A program made the position numbers and the translations under genes. 64,000 nucleotides of DNA from a virus. Its lineage: Duplodnaviria > Caudoviricetes. Positions 10,814-20,617 of this stretch are shown in pieces. The notes under the pieces were generated by a model, which saw only the letters and a program-made list of their open reading frames with translations, had not been told where the DNA came from and made no database searches. The stretch spans positions 345,538 to 409,537 of IMG/VR virus record IMGVR_UViG_3300028048_000038, one strand, 5' to 3'. Each line of letters opens with the position of its first letter. The stretch's first letter is position 1.

Positions 10814-11518
10814 GTGATGAAAAAAGCTGAATTAGAGATAATAAAGGAAGGTAAGACTGGACATGGTATCCTTATCGAGAATGATGGATACATATCATTA
10901 GACTTTGGCAACAATAAACAGTTAAAGGAAGATATTAATAATGGTGGGTGGAATGTACCAAATCCATTTATTGTGGATTGTATTCTGCAAAAATTTGACA
11001 CTAAAAACGCAAATGGTAGAATATACCCAGAACATGTCCTAAAAAGGGAAGTTGAGAAATACCAAAAAATGGTAGCTGAAAAGATGGCTTTAGGGGAACT
11101 TAATCATCCTGCTGAAAGTACAATTGACCTTGGAAGAATTTCCCATAACATTGTTGAAATGCATTGGGAAGGAAAAACTTTGGTTGGTAAGATAGAATTA
11201 AACGTTACTGAAGGCTTTAGAAAATATGGGATAGTATCGACTTGTGGAGACCATGCAGCACAATTGCTTCTAATGGGATTCCGTATAGGGGTATCTTCAA
11301 GGGGTGTTGGTTCGGTTGAACAACGCCTAGGACAATACTATGTTGGTGATGATTTTGAGTTAATAAGTGTCGATATTGTGTCAAGTCCTTCAACTCCTGG
11401 AGCTTATATTGGAAGTCCAGAATATCTACAACAATTCGTTGAAAATAACGAAACAAATAATTCAAAACCTTCTTTAAACGAAAAGATTTTAAAGATTAAA
11501 GAAGTACTTTCCTCGTAA
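10814..11518 (+). CDS. Prohead protease (T4 gp21-like)
   Basis: KNANGRIYP, ALGELNHP, ISHNI, IGVSSRGVGS, DIVSSPSTPGA. Confidence 0.93.
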   Translation: MMKKAELEIIKEGKTGHGILIENDGYISLDFGNNKQLKEDINNGGWNVPNPFIVDCILQKFDTKNANGRIYPEHVLKREVEKYQKMVAEKMALGELNHPAESTIDLGRISHNIVEMHWEGKTLVGKIELNVTEGFRKYGIVSTCGDHAAQLLLMGFRIGVSSRGVGSVEQRLGQYYVGDDFELISVDIVSSPSTPGAYIGSPEYLQQFVENNETNNSKPSLNEKILKIKEVLSS

Positions 11519-11558
11519 AGTACTTGTTTTTTTAATATTTTTTCCATATATTTGCATT

Positions 11559-12572
11559 ATGGGTAAAAAGAAAACAACAAATGAATTTATAAAGGAAGCC
11601 ACATCCAAGCATAATGGAAAATATGACTATTCTTTAGTAGAATATAAAGGAAATAAAACAAATGTTAGCATCATTTGTCCAATTCACGGAGAATTTCAAC
11701 AAACACCAGACAGGCACTTACATAGTGGTGGATGTTTAAAATGCGCAGCAGAAAAAAGAGGGCTTAAACGTAGAATGACATTTGATGAATTCTTAGAAAA
11801 AGCTAAAAAGATACATGGAGAAAAATACTCTTATGTTAAGGAAACATTCTCTAAAGGCGGTGCTGAAACTACAATAATATGTCCTAAACATGGGGAGTTC
11901 CAACAAACACCAGATAGTCATTTACAAGGACATGGTTGTCCAAAATGTAAAAGTGAAAAACTTGCTAAACTAAGAAAAGAAGAATTTGGAGACTTTATAG
12001 AAAAAGCTAAGAAGGTTCATGGTGATAAATATGATTATTCAAAAGTTGAATATATACGTTCAAATAAGAATGTTTATATAACTTGTCCAATACACGGTGT
12101 TTTTCCACAAACGCCAAATAGTCATTTAATGGGCGCAGGTTGCCCTTTTTGTAAAAATAGTCACTTAGAAGAAAAAATAGCTAAAATTCTAGATAAATTA
12201 GGCGTTAATTACGTAAGAGAACAAAGATATGAATGGCTTTTTAACGACAAAAAAATGTCTTTAGACTTTTATCTACCTAAGTACAATATTGCGATAGAAT
12301 GCCAAGGAGACCAACATGTTTTTTATAGAGATACATATTACAATGTCGAAGGTAAATTTGAAAAAAGAGTTGCTCTAGATAAACTTAAAAATAAGTTATG
12401 CAAAGAACATAACATACCAATAATTTACATTTTTAACAAACTTCATTCCTCTAGCAGATTAAATGAACTGTTTGAACACATGTATGACGATGCAATATTT
12501 ATTGAAGACATAAATAACGATAATAACACTTTATTAAAAGCAATAAATGAAAAAAGTAATAAGATTAACTGA
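11559..12572 (+). CDS. Putative homing endonuclease: three Zn-binding repeats (DUF723-like) and a C-terminal PD-(D/E)xK domain
   Basis: Three repeats of HGxKYxY...ICPxHGxFxQTPxxHL.GxGCxxC; LDFYLP.YNIAIECQG.QH. Confidence 0.8.
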   Translation: MGKKKTTNEFIKEATSKHNGKYDYSLVEYKGNKTNVSIICPIHGEFQQTPDRHLHSGGCLKCAAEKRGLKRRMTFDEFLEKAKKIHGEKYSYVKETFSKGGAETTIICPKHGEFQQTPDSHLQGHGCPKCKSEKLAKLRKEEFGDFIEKAKKVHGDKYDYSKVEYIRSNKNVYITCPIHGVFPQTPNSHLMGAGCPFCKNSHLEEKIAKILDKLGVNYVREQRYEWLFNDKKMSLDFYLPKYNIAIECQGDQHVFYRDTYYNVEGKFEKRVALDKLKNKLCKEHNIPIIYIFNKLHSSSRLNELFEHMYDDAIFIEDINNDNNTLLKAINEKSNKIN

Positions 12573-12945
12573 AGGTGACTTACATGGTTTGATAACAGAA
12601 TCAGTTACTAGAATTATAAATGAGATTGGTGTTTATCCAAACGGACAAACTGACCTATTCTTCGACCAAGACCAAGTTGATGAATATCGTTCATCTGCAA
12701 ATGGTAGAGCTATTGAAGCTCTATTAAGGGCTGAAAGGGAATGCGGATGGAGGCATATGAATTCAAAGGATATGGGGCGTTATACAGAGTATATCTGCTA
12801 TCCTATGAGTGATTATACATCAAAAGATAGAAAAACATTCATGGAGAGAATCAAGGCATATGCTCCAATAAAAGACAATATAGAATTCATCTGCTTGAGA
12901 AACCCATACATCAAGAGCTTTACAGTAAGAATTAAGAATATTTAA
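12547..12945 (+). CDS. Hypothetical protein with N-terminal KKVIRLTE-tag (putative head internal protein)
   Basis: MKKVIRLTEGDLHGLITESV..IINE. Confidence 0.6.
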   Translation: MKKVIRLTEGDLHGLITESVTRIINEIGVYPNGQTDLFFDQDQVDEYRSSANGRAIEALLRAERECGWRHMNSKDMGRYTEYICYPMSDYTSKDRKTFMERIKAYAPIKDNIEFICLRNPYIKSFTVRIKNI

Positions 12946-12957
12946 AAATAAAGGAAA

Positions 12958-13203
12958 ATGAATAAAACAATTATAAAACTTACTGAATCTGATTTGCATA
13001 GAATTGTAGAAGATTCTGTTAATCGTGTCGTAAAGGATTATATGCAAAATGATTTTAATAGATATAATGAAGAACTTGAAATATACAACAAAGAACTTCA
13101 GCTTTTCAAAGAAACTGGAAATGTAAGTAGAGAATATCTTGAAGAACTTTTAAGGAATCAAAAAAACATGTTGAATATGCTTATTAGTTGTTGTTATAAA
13201 TAA
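12958..13203 (+). CDS. Hypothetical protein with N-terminal KLTES-tag
   Basis: MNKTIIKLTESDLHRIVEDSV. Confidence 0.6.
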   Translation: MNKTIIKLTESDLHRIVEDSVNRVVKDYMQNDFNRYNEELEIYNKELQLFKETGNVSREYLEELLRNQKNMLNMLISCCYK

Positions 13204-13208
13204 TACAT

Positions 13209-13245
13209 AAAAAAGCGAGGCTAAATTTAGTCTCGCTTTCTTTTT
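13209..13245. terminator. Bidirectional intrinsic terminator
   Basis: AAAAAGCGAGGCTAA-AT-TTAGTCTCGCTTT between convergent genes. Confidence 0.7.
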
Positions 13246-13268
13246 GCCAAAACACCATCCAAAAAAAA

Positions 13269-13598
13269 TTATCCCATTGGTGGAAAATCATCGTAATTGG
13301 CTTCAAGGTCAATTCTATCTTGTGCCCATTCATCCTCATCGCCATTCACAATATCATCTTGGTTAATGTCATTATGAGTTTTGTCAAGAGGTTCACCAGT
13401 TATGCCAAAATCATGGTCATTTGTCATACCGTCAAATGGTGTGGAATGTTCCTCACCCTCGAATGGTTCATAATTATTCAATACATTGTCGTTCTCACGC
13501 CAATCATTTCCCAATATATCTTCCCTCAATATCTTATCAACTGAATTCTTTATGATATTTCTCAATTCTGATTCTGTTAGTCTTATTACCTTTTTCAT
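13269..13598 (-). CDS. Acidic hypothetical protein with N-terminal RLTES-tag
   Basis: MKKVIRLTESELRNIIKNSV..ILRE. Confidence 0.6.
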   Translation of the reverse strand: MKKVIRLTESELRNIIKNSVDKILREDILGNDWRENDNVLNNYEPFEGEEHSTPFDGMTNDHDFGITGEPLDKTHNDINQDDIVNGDEDEWAQDRIDLEANYDDFPPMG

Positions 13599-13633
13599 AA
13601 TATCTAATTTTTATAATAAATATTTCTAAGAGG

Positions 13634-14068
13634 TTATTTCTTCTTATTTATCGTGAAATCATTTTCCTTAAAAGAATATACTAGGTTATTGGCAATTGTA
13701 CTAACCTTTCTCTTAAACAAATCATTTAAGTCTTGTAATTGCTTTTTATTCTTCTCATTTTGACGCAAATAGAAGTCGAATGAGAGGAATTTTTTCTCCC
13801 TTGGGGCAAGTCCATCAATATTGATATCAAAGTCCAATATAAAGCGATTATCGAAGTTTATCCCATCAATTAGGAATGACTTTATATTTCTCTTCATATT
13901 CTTCTCAATGTTGTCAATAACATCGGCATAATTCATTTCCCTTTGGGGTGACACCCAACACTTTCCACTCACGTATACAACTTGTGGGTTATTTCTGTTT
14001 ACCGTGCCATATTTCAAGGAAATATGATTGCACACATCTAACTTATATTCCTTGTTTAGTCGTTTCAT
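13634..14068 (-). CDS. Hypothetical protein in head module
   Basis: 144-aa ORF. Confidence 0.6.
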   Translation of the reverse strand: MKRLNKEYKLDVCNHISLKYGTVNRNNPQVVYVSGKCWVSPQREMNYADVIDNIEKNMKRNIKSFLIDGINFDNRFILDFDINIDGLAPREKKFLSFDFYLRQNEKNKKQLQDLNDLFKRKVSTIANNLVYSFKENDFTINKKK

Positions 14069-14168
14069 TTGCTATATCATTTACATTTAAAATATAGCAA
14101 AAAATTTCATAAAAATCAAGAGGGAAATATAAAAAAAATGCAGCCATTTCTAGCTGCATTTGTTATGA

Positions 14169-16478
14169 TTAATCATCCATCAAAATATCTCTTATTTCAA
14201 GTAACTTTGCAATGTCCTTAACAATGGTTTCCTTATTAAAAGACATTTCATTAATCTGGTCACTTAATCCCTTAAGTTCAACATTTTCTGCATCTTCTTT
14301 CAACATTTCGTTAATCTTATCGATGCATTCATTTTTGAACTTATTGAATAGCTTCTCCTTTCTCTGTTCTGCAATTGGAGTTCTGAAGTCAGTGATTTGT
14401 TGAACAAATGACATTTCAGACTCATTAAGGTTGTTCTTAAGTTTTTCCTCAAACTCACTAATCAATTCGTCTGGAGTCTTACCTTCATTAATTTTATCTG
14501 ACTTATGAGCATCCATCCATTTACAAACGGCATCGTAACTTTCAACAAGAGGAATCATGTTATTTGTGTTTCTCTTTGTTGTAAGGATTACATCACCATT
14601 TTCATAAAGTTTTCTTGATTCTTCATCAACAAACTCAGTTGGTTTCACACCGTTTTCAATCATCACCTTTCTAAGCTTTCTATTTGAAGCTTTAATTGTC
14701 TTAAGGTCGATATTCTCGCACACAATCTTTGCAAGTTTTTCAAGTACAACCTCAGAGGTAACAATCTCTGCATGTTTGCTATTATATTGTTCCTTGATTA
14801 CATTATAGAAATCAAATTCACTCTTCAAGTTCTTATCTTCTCTGATTGTATTGATAACGTCCTTAACTGCCTTTTTGTTCGTCTTGATGAGCGTTGGAAG
14901 TTCATTCTCGAAGATATGGTTCAAGATACCGAAATTGGTCGTATTCATTTCTTCCATGAGTTCTTTCTCATGTTTGCTGTCTTCAATAGCCTCATCGAGC
15001 ATTTCCTTAACATATTCATACGCCTTGTAGTCATCCTTCTGTAATGCCTCAGACATTATGTTAATATAGTTTGAAAACTCTTCTTGATATTTGTTGTTTT
15101 TCATATTTATATTGTTTTCTTTTATTGTTTGTTTAGGTTCTTTTTCTTCTTGATGTATTAATGAATTATATTGTGCAATCGTCATATTGCCCAACTTGGC
15201 TGTTTTAGCTGCCAATGTTGAATTAGGTTCATTATATTTTTTAATCGTATCTAGAATCCATCCATCAACTAGTGGTTTAAAATCCCTTTCCATCTGGTGC
15301 TCATCTCTTGATTCATCGGCAGTGATTCCTTGTTCGATATAATCAACCACATTAATGTTCTTTTGTGATAAGGAATCATTTTCCCAAGTAATTTTATTAT
15401 ACCAATTAGGGACAATATACGTTAAATGTTTCCACTTCTCAACACCGCCCATTAGGTTAAGTAGTTTTTCAAGTGTATTTGAAGATACTCTATACCATGT
15501 TGTGATTACATCAGCATCTAGAAATATACGTCCATTATAAGCTGTTGTTGCGTATATTGAAGAGGCAATATCCTTAACTTCCATGTCTTCAATGTCCTCA
15601 CAATTAATCGCCTTACCAATTATATTTTCTGCAATGCCCATACAGATATCACGATGACAGATATCAGTTTTATATATGAATTCCTTTTTACCATCCAATG
15701 ACGTTTGAAAGAAACCAAATGATATCACATTCTTATCTTTGTAGGATATACTGTTTAGATATACTCCGTCATCATCGTCAAATTCATCAATCGTGTCTGG
15801 GTCTCCTTGAAAATATTCATCAATTCTTTGCCTATTCTCTTGATACAGTGTTGCATTCCTCTGCGCAAGTGATTTCCAACCTTCCTTTTCCTTTTGAGTC
15901 TGCCAAGTCTTTTGGGTATCGTTATAACTTCTTATAATCTCAATAACCCTCTTATCAATGGCAAATGGCTCGTTAATTTCATCAAAACCATCATCACCAT
16001 TACTATTTGACTCTATGTATTCGGCTACTGTTGGATTTTCCTCAAATGCATTCTGAGAGTCTTCCACTACCAATATATAGTTGTATGGGTCTATATTAAG
16101 TTCCTTGACAATCTTTCTAACCATTCTAGAGCTTGGAAGATACCAAAATGCCATGATGCTAGGATACTTATCAGTATCAAATGTCCATATCCTTCCACGA
16201 CAATATGACTTTCCATAACACTGTCTTTCAATCCAAGGAATGTAAGTATCCTTTATATGGCTGATTGCCTTTCCCATTAATTTCTTTGCTGCTTGCGCTG
16301 CAATCATAAGATGAGTTGTTGAACCAGTCATAAATATGTACTCGTTGTCTAATGAAACAGGGAAATATCCGAAAGATATTGCCATTTCATTATCCCACTT
16401 CCAAGTTACTTGATTAGTTATATCGTATACTGTATCTGGAGTGCCTTCAAAATACTCTAGTATCCTTTTACTTTCCAT
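14169..16478 (-). CDS. Multidomain head-module protein: two tandem repeats of an unknown domain plus a C-terminal helical domain
   Basis: EYFEGTPDT...ISFGYF...GRIW repeated as EYFQGDPDT...ISFGFF...GRIF. Confidence 0.65.
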   Translation of the reverse strand: MESKRILEYFEGTPDTVYDITNQVTWKWDNEMAISFGYFPVSLDNEYIFMTGSTTHLMIAAQAAKKLMGKAISHIKDTYIPWIERQCYGKSYCRGRIWTFDTDKYPSIMAFWYLPSSRMVRKIVKELNIDPYNYILVVEDSQNAFEENPTVAEYIESNSNGDDGFDEINEPFAIDKRVIEIIRSYNDTQKTWQTQKEKEGWKSLAQRNATLYQENRQRIDEYFQGDPDTIDEFDDDDGVYLNSISYKDKNVISFGFFQTSLDGKKEFIYKTDICHRDICMGIAENIIGKAINCEDIEDMEVKDIASSIYATTAYNGRIFLDADVITTWYRVSSNTLEKLLNLMGGVEKWKHLTYIVPNWYNKITWENDSLSQKNINVVDYIEQGITADESRDEHQMERDFKPLVDGWILDTIKKYNEPNSTLAAKTAKLGNMTIAQYNSLIHQEEKEPKQTIKENNINMKNNKYQEEFSNYINIMSEALQKDDYKAYEYVKEMLDEAIEDSKHEKELMEEMNTTNFGILNHIFENELPTLIKTNKKAVKDVINTIREDKNLKSEFDFYNVIKEQYNSKHAEIVTSEVVLEKLAKIVCENIDLKTIKASNRKLRKVMIENGVKPTEFVDEESRKLYENGDVILTTKRNTNNMIPLVESYDAVCKWMDAHKSDKINEGKTPDELISEFEEKLKNNLNESEMSFVQQITDFRTPIAEQRKEKLFNKFKNECIDKINEMLKEDAENVELKGLSDQINEMSFNKETIVKDIAKLLEIRDILMDD

Positions 16479-16547
16479 TCAAACATTATTTCATATAAAT
16501 ATCATGTTTAACAGAAAAAGCGTGACAGTTACTGCCACGCCCTTATC

Positions 16548-18593
16548 TTATTTGTCATCAACAAACTTACCAAGTTCATCAATCATCTTATCAAATTCTT
16601 CATTAATCAACAATGAATCCTCATCATAAACATCTGCACGCTTGTACTCAGTTTCTCTATGCTTCTCATTGCGTTCCTTCAAAGTTGAAAGATACTTATT
16701 GAACATTTCATCAAGCTTATTGTTCTTCTGCTCATTTATCAGTGGCTTGTTTGAATATCTAGACTCCATTGGCGCATTTGGGTCACTTCCCATATCGGCT
16801 GTTGGCATTGAACCCTCTTGGGCTGGTGCCGTTCCACTACCATCATCCATTGGTGCTCCCATATCTCCACCCATATCAGGTGCGTCTCCCATTGGAGGAG
16901 GTGGTGCTCCCATTCCACCGCCCATTCCTCCAGAGCCACCATCCATGCCACTTTGGCCGCCTTGCATATCATCCATGTATTCTGCTCCTGGTTCACCATA
17001 GATTCTATCAACGGTATCGAAGATACCAGTCTTCTTGATAATCTGTGTGGTTTTCTCAAGTTCAGCGGCAATACCCTTTTCAAGACGTATCTCTTCAAGG
17101 TTCTCCTTAATCTCCTTTTCAGACCATTTCATAATCTGCTTAAGAGCACGAGTTTGTGACATAACTGGAAGACCATTACCTGGGTCTGATACTGCGTCTC
17201 TAACAGCATCAATCTTCTTCTGCATGTTCTCAATCTCCAATCCTTCAGCTTGTGTTGATGGATTATTCATCGTCAATGAGAAATTGGTCAACTCATCATT
17301 GAAACCTAACAAGAACAAGTGGATTGAAGCCACTTTTGTAAGTTCCATCAAGAATGCTTGCTGTATTCTGTTTACTGTTCTAGTGAAACGAATATCCATA
17401 AGTGCAAGATTCTTACCGTCACCAACACCTTCCTCGAAATTCAAGAATGACTTAGGTATTCTAAGTGAAGTCAACACCTTATTCTGCACAAACTTGATAT
17501 CATCAAGAGCTGTCATGTTCTGACCAGCTGAAAGCGTATCAATTGGAGTTGGTGCATTCTCATCACGTACTGGAATAAATATATCATTGTCAATTCCAAG
17601 AATATTCTTACGAAGGTCAACTTGACCAGTTACTGGGTCAATAATCGGTGTTCTCTTAAACTCATTGGCAATTCTCTCTACATATGCTTCAACATCAGCA
17701 TCATCAATAGCTCCAACGAAAATCTTATACACACGTCTTTCAACTGAACGCTCAAGACGATAGATAAGCATCATATCTTCCATCAATGAAAGCATCCTCC
17801 AATGCCTACGTGCGCCATTAAGGTAACTCACACCATAAGGTAAATACAATGAGTTTGTGAGCAATCTAAAATGAGCAATCTGCCAATCTCTGAATGGTAC
17901 TTGTGAATTATTATCATCCAACCAAATAAACTGAGTTGATAGGTCTGCATCATCCTTTGTTACACCGTTAACAGCGATTGATGAGCCAGCACCATAAGGA
18001 TTTTGAACCCCATTTTCAATTCTCTCCATATTGAATACTGGAAGCTGTTTCCAACCCTTAACACCATTTTTATGGTCAATATCCAATAACATAAATTGAT
18101 TACCATACTTACACATAGCACGGATAATCATCTGACCAGTTAATTGGATGTTAAGTCTATTCACGAACAAATCCTCAAGAATGCTCTTGATTCTATCTGA
18201 CTTGGAATAAACATTAACAACCATTCCCTTGTCATTAACAATCGTACTTTCCTCAGAAACAATATCAAGTGCTGCACTAATCTCTGGAAATGCATCCATC
18301 AAATCACCATCACGATACATTAACTTGACATTGTTCAAACCACTATATGCGGTTACAGCTAGGTTAACATTAGTCTTAACCCATCTATCCTTCAAGTACT
18401 TATCTTGCTGAAGCTCTAGTTTCTTCTGTAAATAGTCATCCCTATCTGTTGTCCTATATATTACATTCTTACCATCACTAGGAGTCAAATCATATGAATT
18501 AATATGTGGCTCTGCTATTGATGTAGATGAAGAAGTCCAACGTCCAGTTATGGCTTTATCTAGGGCTTGAAAAACTGTATTCTTTTTTGCCAT
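16548..18593 (-). CDS. Portal protein (T4 gp20-like)
   Basis: PEISAALDIVSEE, YGVSYL..ARR.WR.L.LMEDMMLIYRL.R..ERRVYKI, DIFIPVR, L.IPKSFL. Confidence 0.95.
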   Translation of the reverse strand: MAKKNTVFQALDKAITGRWTSSSTSIAEPHINSYDLTPSDGKNVIYRTTDRDDYLQKKLELQQDKYLKDRWVKTNVNLAVTAYSGLNNVKLMYRDGDLMDAFPEISAALDIVSEESTIVNDKGMVVNVYSKSDRIKSILEDLFVNRLNIQLTGQMIIRAMCKYGNQFMLLDIDHKNGVKGWKQLPVFNMERIENGVQNPYGAGSSIAVNGVTKDDADLSTQFIWLDDNNSQVPFRDWQIAHFRLLTNSLYLPYGVSYLNGARRHWRMLSLMEDMMLIYRLERSVERRVYKIFVGAIDDADVEAYVERIANEFKRTPIIDPVTGQVDLRKNILGIDNDIFIPVRDENAPTPIDTLSAGQNMTALDDIKFVQNKVLTSLRIPKSFLNFEEGVGDGKNLALMDIRFTRTVNRIQQAFLMELTKVASIHLFLLGFNDELTNFSLTMNNPSTQAEGLEIENMQKKIDAVRDAVSDPGNGLPVMSQTRALKQIMKWSEKEIKENLEEIRLEKGIAAELEKTTQIIKKTGIFDTVDRIYGEPGAEYMDDMQGGQSGMDGGSGGMGGGMGAPPPPMGDAPDMGGDMGAPMDDGSGTAPAQEGSMPTADMGSDPNAPMESRYSNKPLINEQKNNKLDEMFNKYLSTLKERNEKHRETEYKRADVYDEDSLLINEEFDKMIDELGKFVDDK

Positions 18594-18641
18594 TTTTATA
18601 AAAAATAATAAATTTATTTATAAATATAAATATTTGTTACT

Positions 18642-20519
18642 TTACTTAACTCCTCCAAATAGCCACATACAACTTCCACCTATATTACTATATTTCTCAA
18701 TACGTTTCTTTGAACTGTAGAAAGGTAAACCAGTCTTAGGTGCAATAGTCTCTCCACTCTTCATCTTTGGTTTATTCATACTGATTGCACGATTCATCAT
18801 ATACGCATTAAGAATAGCCTTATCCTTATTGGCTGTATTTTGTATCCTATTAACAGTGTACTGCATAACGAACAATCCCATAGCCAATGCTGTAAGAGTA
18901 TCGTCATGAGCACCGTCTTGGTGGTCAATTCTAGCTGTCTCACCCTTGAATATCCAAGTCTCAAGTTCGTTGATTACCCTAGCTGAACGAATCTTGAACT
19001 CATTGTTACGGACAAGACCTGCGAAGTTTGCAAGTACTGGATAACGGTTTCCTTGGAAGTGGAAACCTGGAAGTTTATCCGTATATCCATCATAGTTCTT
19101 TGTTGACCTCTGAACCATATATGTCTTTTGGTTTGAATCCTCATAATACATGTTTTTATAACCCATGTTTATAAGTGTTAATATGGCAGCATCTCCTTGA
19201 CCACCAGTACAGTCAACGACAATGAATGCATCATTATACATTGTTGCATATTGATAACATAATGCTCCAATATCATCACCCAATTTCTTTCCAACATATT
19301 CTCCAACTTGCTCGATAATCGGTAGTCCATTCTCGTCCCTACCATCCATATCAATAATCTCAATGGCTGTTCTATCGGCAGATACGCCTCTTGATGGGTC
19401 ACATGCAAGAATATAACGGTGTCCCTCAATAGGACGTTTCCAAAACCAAGTCTCTTCAACTAATGGGTCATGAAAATCATCAAGTGGCTCTCTTGTGTTA
19501 AGCTTCTCTTGCATTTCAATGAACTCTGGAGCAACAACGTTGTCGGCAGAACCCATGAACGATACATCAAGCTCTTGGGCAATCTTCATTGAGTCATTGT
19601 TGAACTGCTTGCACATTTCATCATACCAAGGCGCTGTAGGTTTCCAACCATTGTGTTCAAGTCTAGCCCATCTTTCCTCATCATACTTCACTCCTCCCTC
19701 ACTGTCGATTATTGGGTCTTGGTCAAACTCCCATTCACCAGTATCTTCATTTTTCTTCTTCCACACAAGATACTTGTTGAATCTTGGGTCTTGATACCAA
19801 CGGAACTGTACTGCCACGAAGTTATTCTCATGGCTTAATGCTTGCCTATATGTGTTATAGTAAAGCTCGTCTCTACCGTTAGGGGTAGATACCATAACAG
19901 TCTTAGAATTAGGGTTAGATGCCATAGTTGCAGCAGCAGTGGTAAACGCAGCCACACCTTCCTCAATAAACGCTGCCTCGTCAAGAATCAAGACGGATAC
20001 AGCAGAGATACCACGAGAAGCATTAGGACCAGATGCACGTGCAATGATTCTACAACCATTGAACAACTTCAGCTCACCTTTTGCATCCTTTAAAAAAATT
20101 GATTTTAGATTTTTTTCTGAATTAGGGTCAACTGAGAAATATTCATTACCCCAATACCATCTAGGAACTTGCTCAAGGAAATCTCTTACCTTTATGATAA
20201 TTTCTTGCGCTTGTTCAAGCTTATTGGCAATACACAAAACAGTCTCAGGTGCCTCTGCTGATGCAAATGCACACTGGGCTGCTGCCCAAGCACTTGATAG
20301 TGTTGTAATACCACACTGTCTTGGCTTAATTGCAACAACGTTTCTGTTTTCCGCAAGAGCCTTGAGGAACGCTCTCTGACGTGGAAAACAGTGGAATTGT
20401 GTTTTCTTACCCTTAGTTGCATTAAAGGTAGAGAAATACTTTTCTATAAATGTAATTCTTGATTTGTCGGCATAGCATTGAGCATAATCGCTTGCCATTT
20501 GTTGTCTATCGTAAATCAT
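18642..20519 (-). CDS. Terminase large subunit (T4 gp17-like)
   Basis: KPRQCGITT (Walker A), LILDEAAF (Walker B), STPNG, RNase-H domain CDPSRG...D...HDD. Confidence 0.93.
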   Translation of the reverse strand: MIYDRQQMASDYAQCYADKSRITFIEKYFSTFNATKGKKTQFHCFPRQRAFLKALAENRNVVAIKPRQCGITTLSSAWAAAQCAFASAEAPETVLCIANKLEQAQEIIIKVRDFLEQVPRWYWGNEYFSVDPNSEKNLKSIFLKDAKGELKLFNGCRIIARASGPNASRGISAVSVLILDEAAFIEEGVAAFTTAAATMASNPNSKTVMVSTPNGRDELYYNTYRQALSHENNFVAVQFRWYQDPRFNKYLVWKKKNEDTGEWEFDQDPIIDSEGGVKYDEERWARLEHNGWKPTAPWYDEMCKQFNNDSMKIAQELDVSFMGSADNVVAPEFIEMQEKLNTREPLDDFHDPLVEETWFWKRPIEGHRYILACDPSRGVSADRTAIEIIDMDGRDENGLPIIEQVGEYVGKKLGDDIGALCYQYATMYNDAFIVVDCTGGQGDAAILTLINMGYKNMYYEDSNQKTYMVQRSTKNYDGYTDKLPGFHFQGNRYPVLANFAGLVRNNEFKIRSARVINELETWIFKGETARIDHQDGAHDDTLTALAMGLFVMQYTVNRIQNTANKDKAILNAYMMNRAISMNKPKMKSGETIAPKTGLPFYSSKKRIEKYSNIGGSCMWLFGGVK

Positions 20520-20617
20520 AGTTGTAACAGTATAAATTTAAATAAATATAACAATGTTTCGAAAAGTTATTCATTTATAAATATTTACAAACAAAAAAAG
20601 AGCAACCACAACTGTGA

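Noticed and set aside
12530-12572. INEKSNKIN at the nuclease C-terminus as a duplicated protease 3' end (LNEKILKIK)
   Set aside because: Explained by overlap with the start of the next gene (ATGAAAAAAGTAATAAGA); too short to support duplication.
20300-20330. Terminase Walker A lacking Lys (RQCGITT) as an inactive enzyme
   Set aside because: All other motifs are intact and this variant is seen in large-phage terminases; there is no sign of decay.
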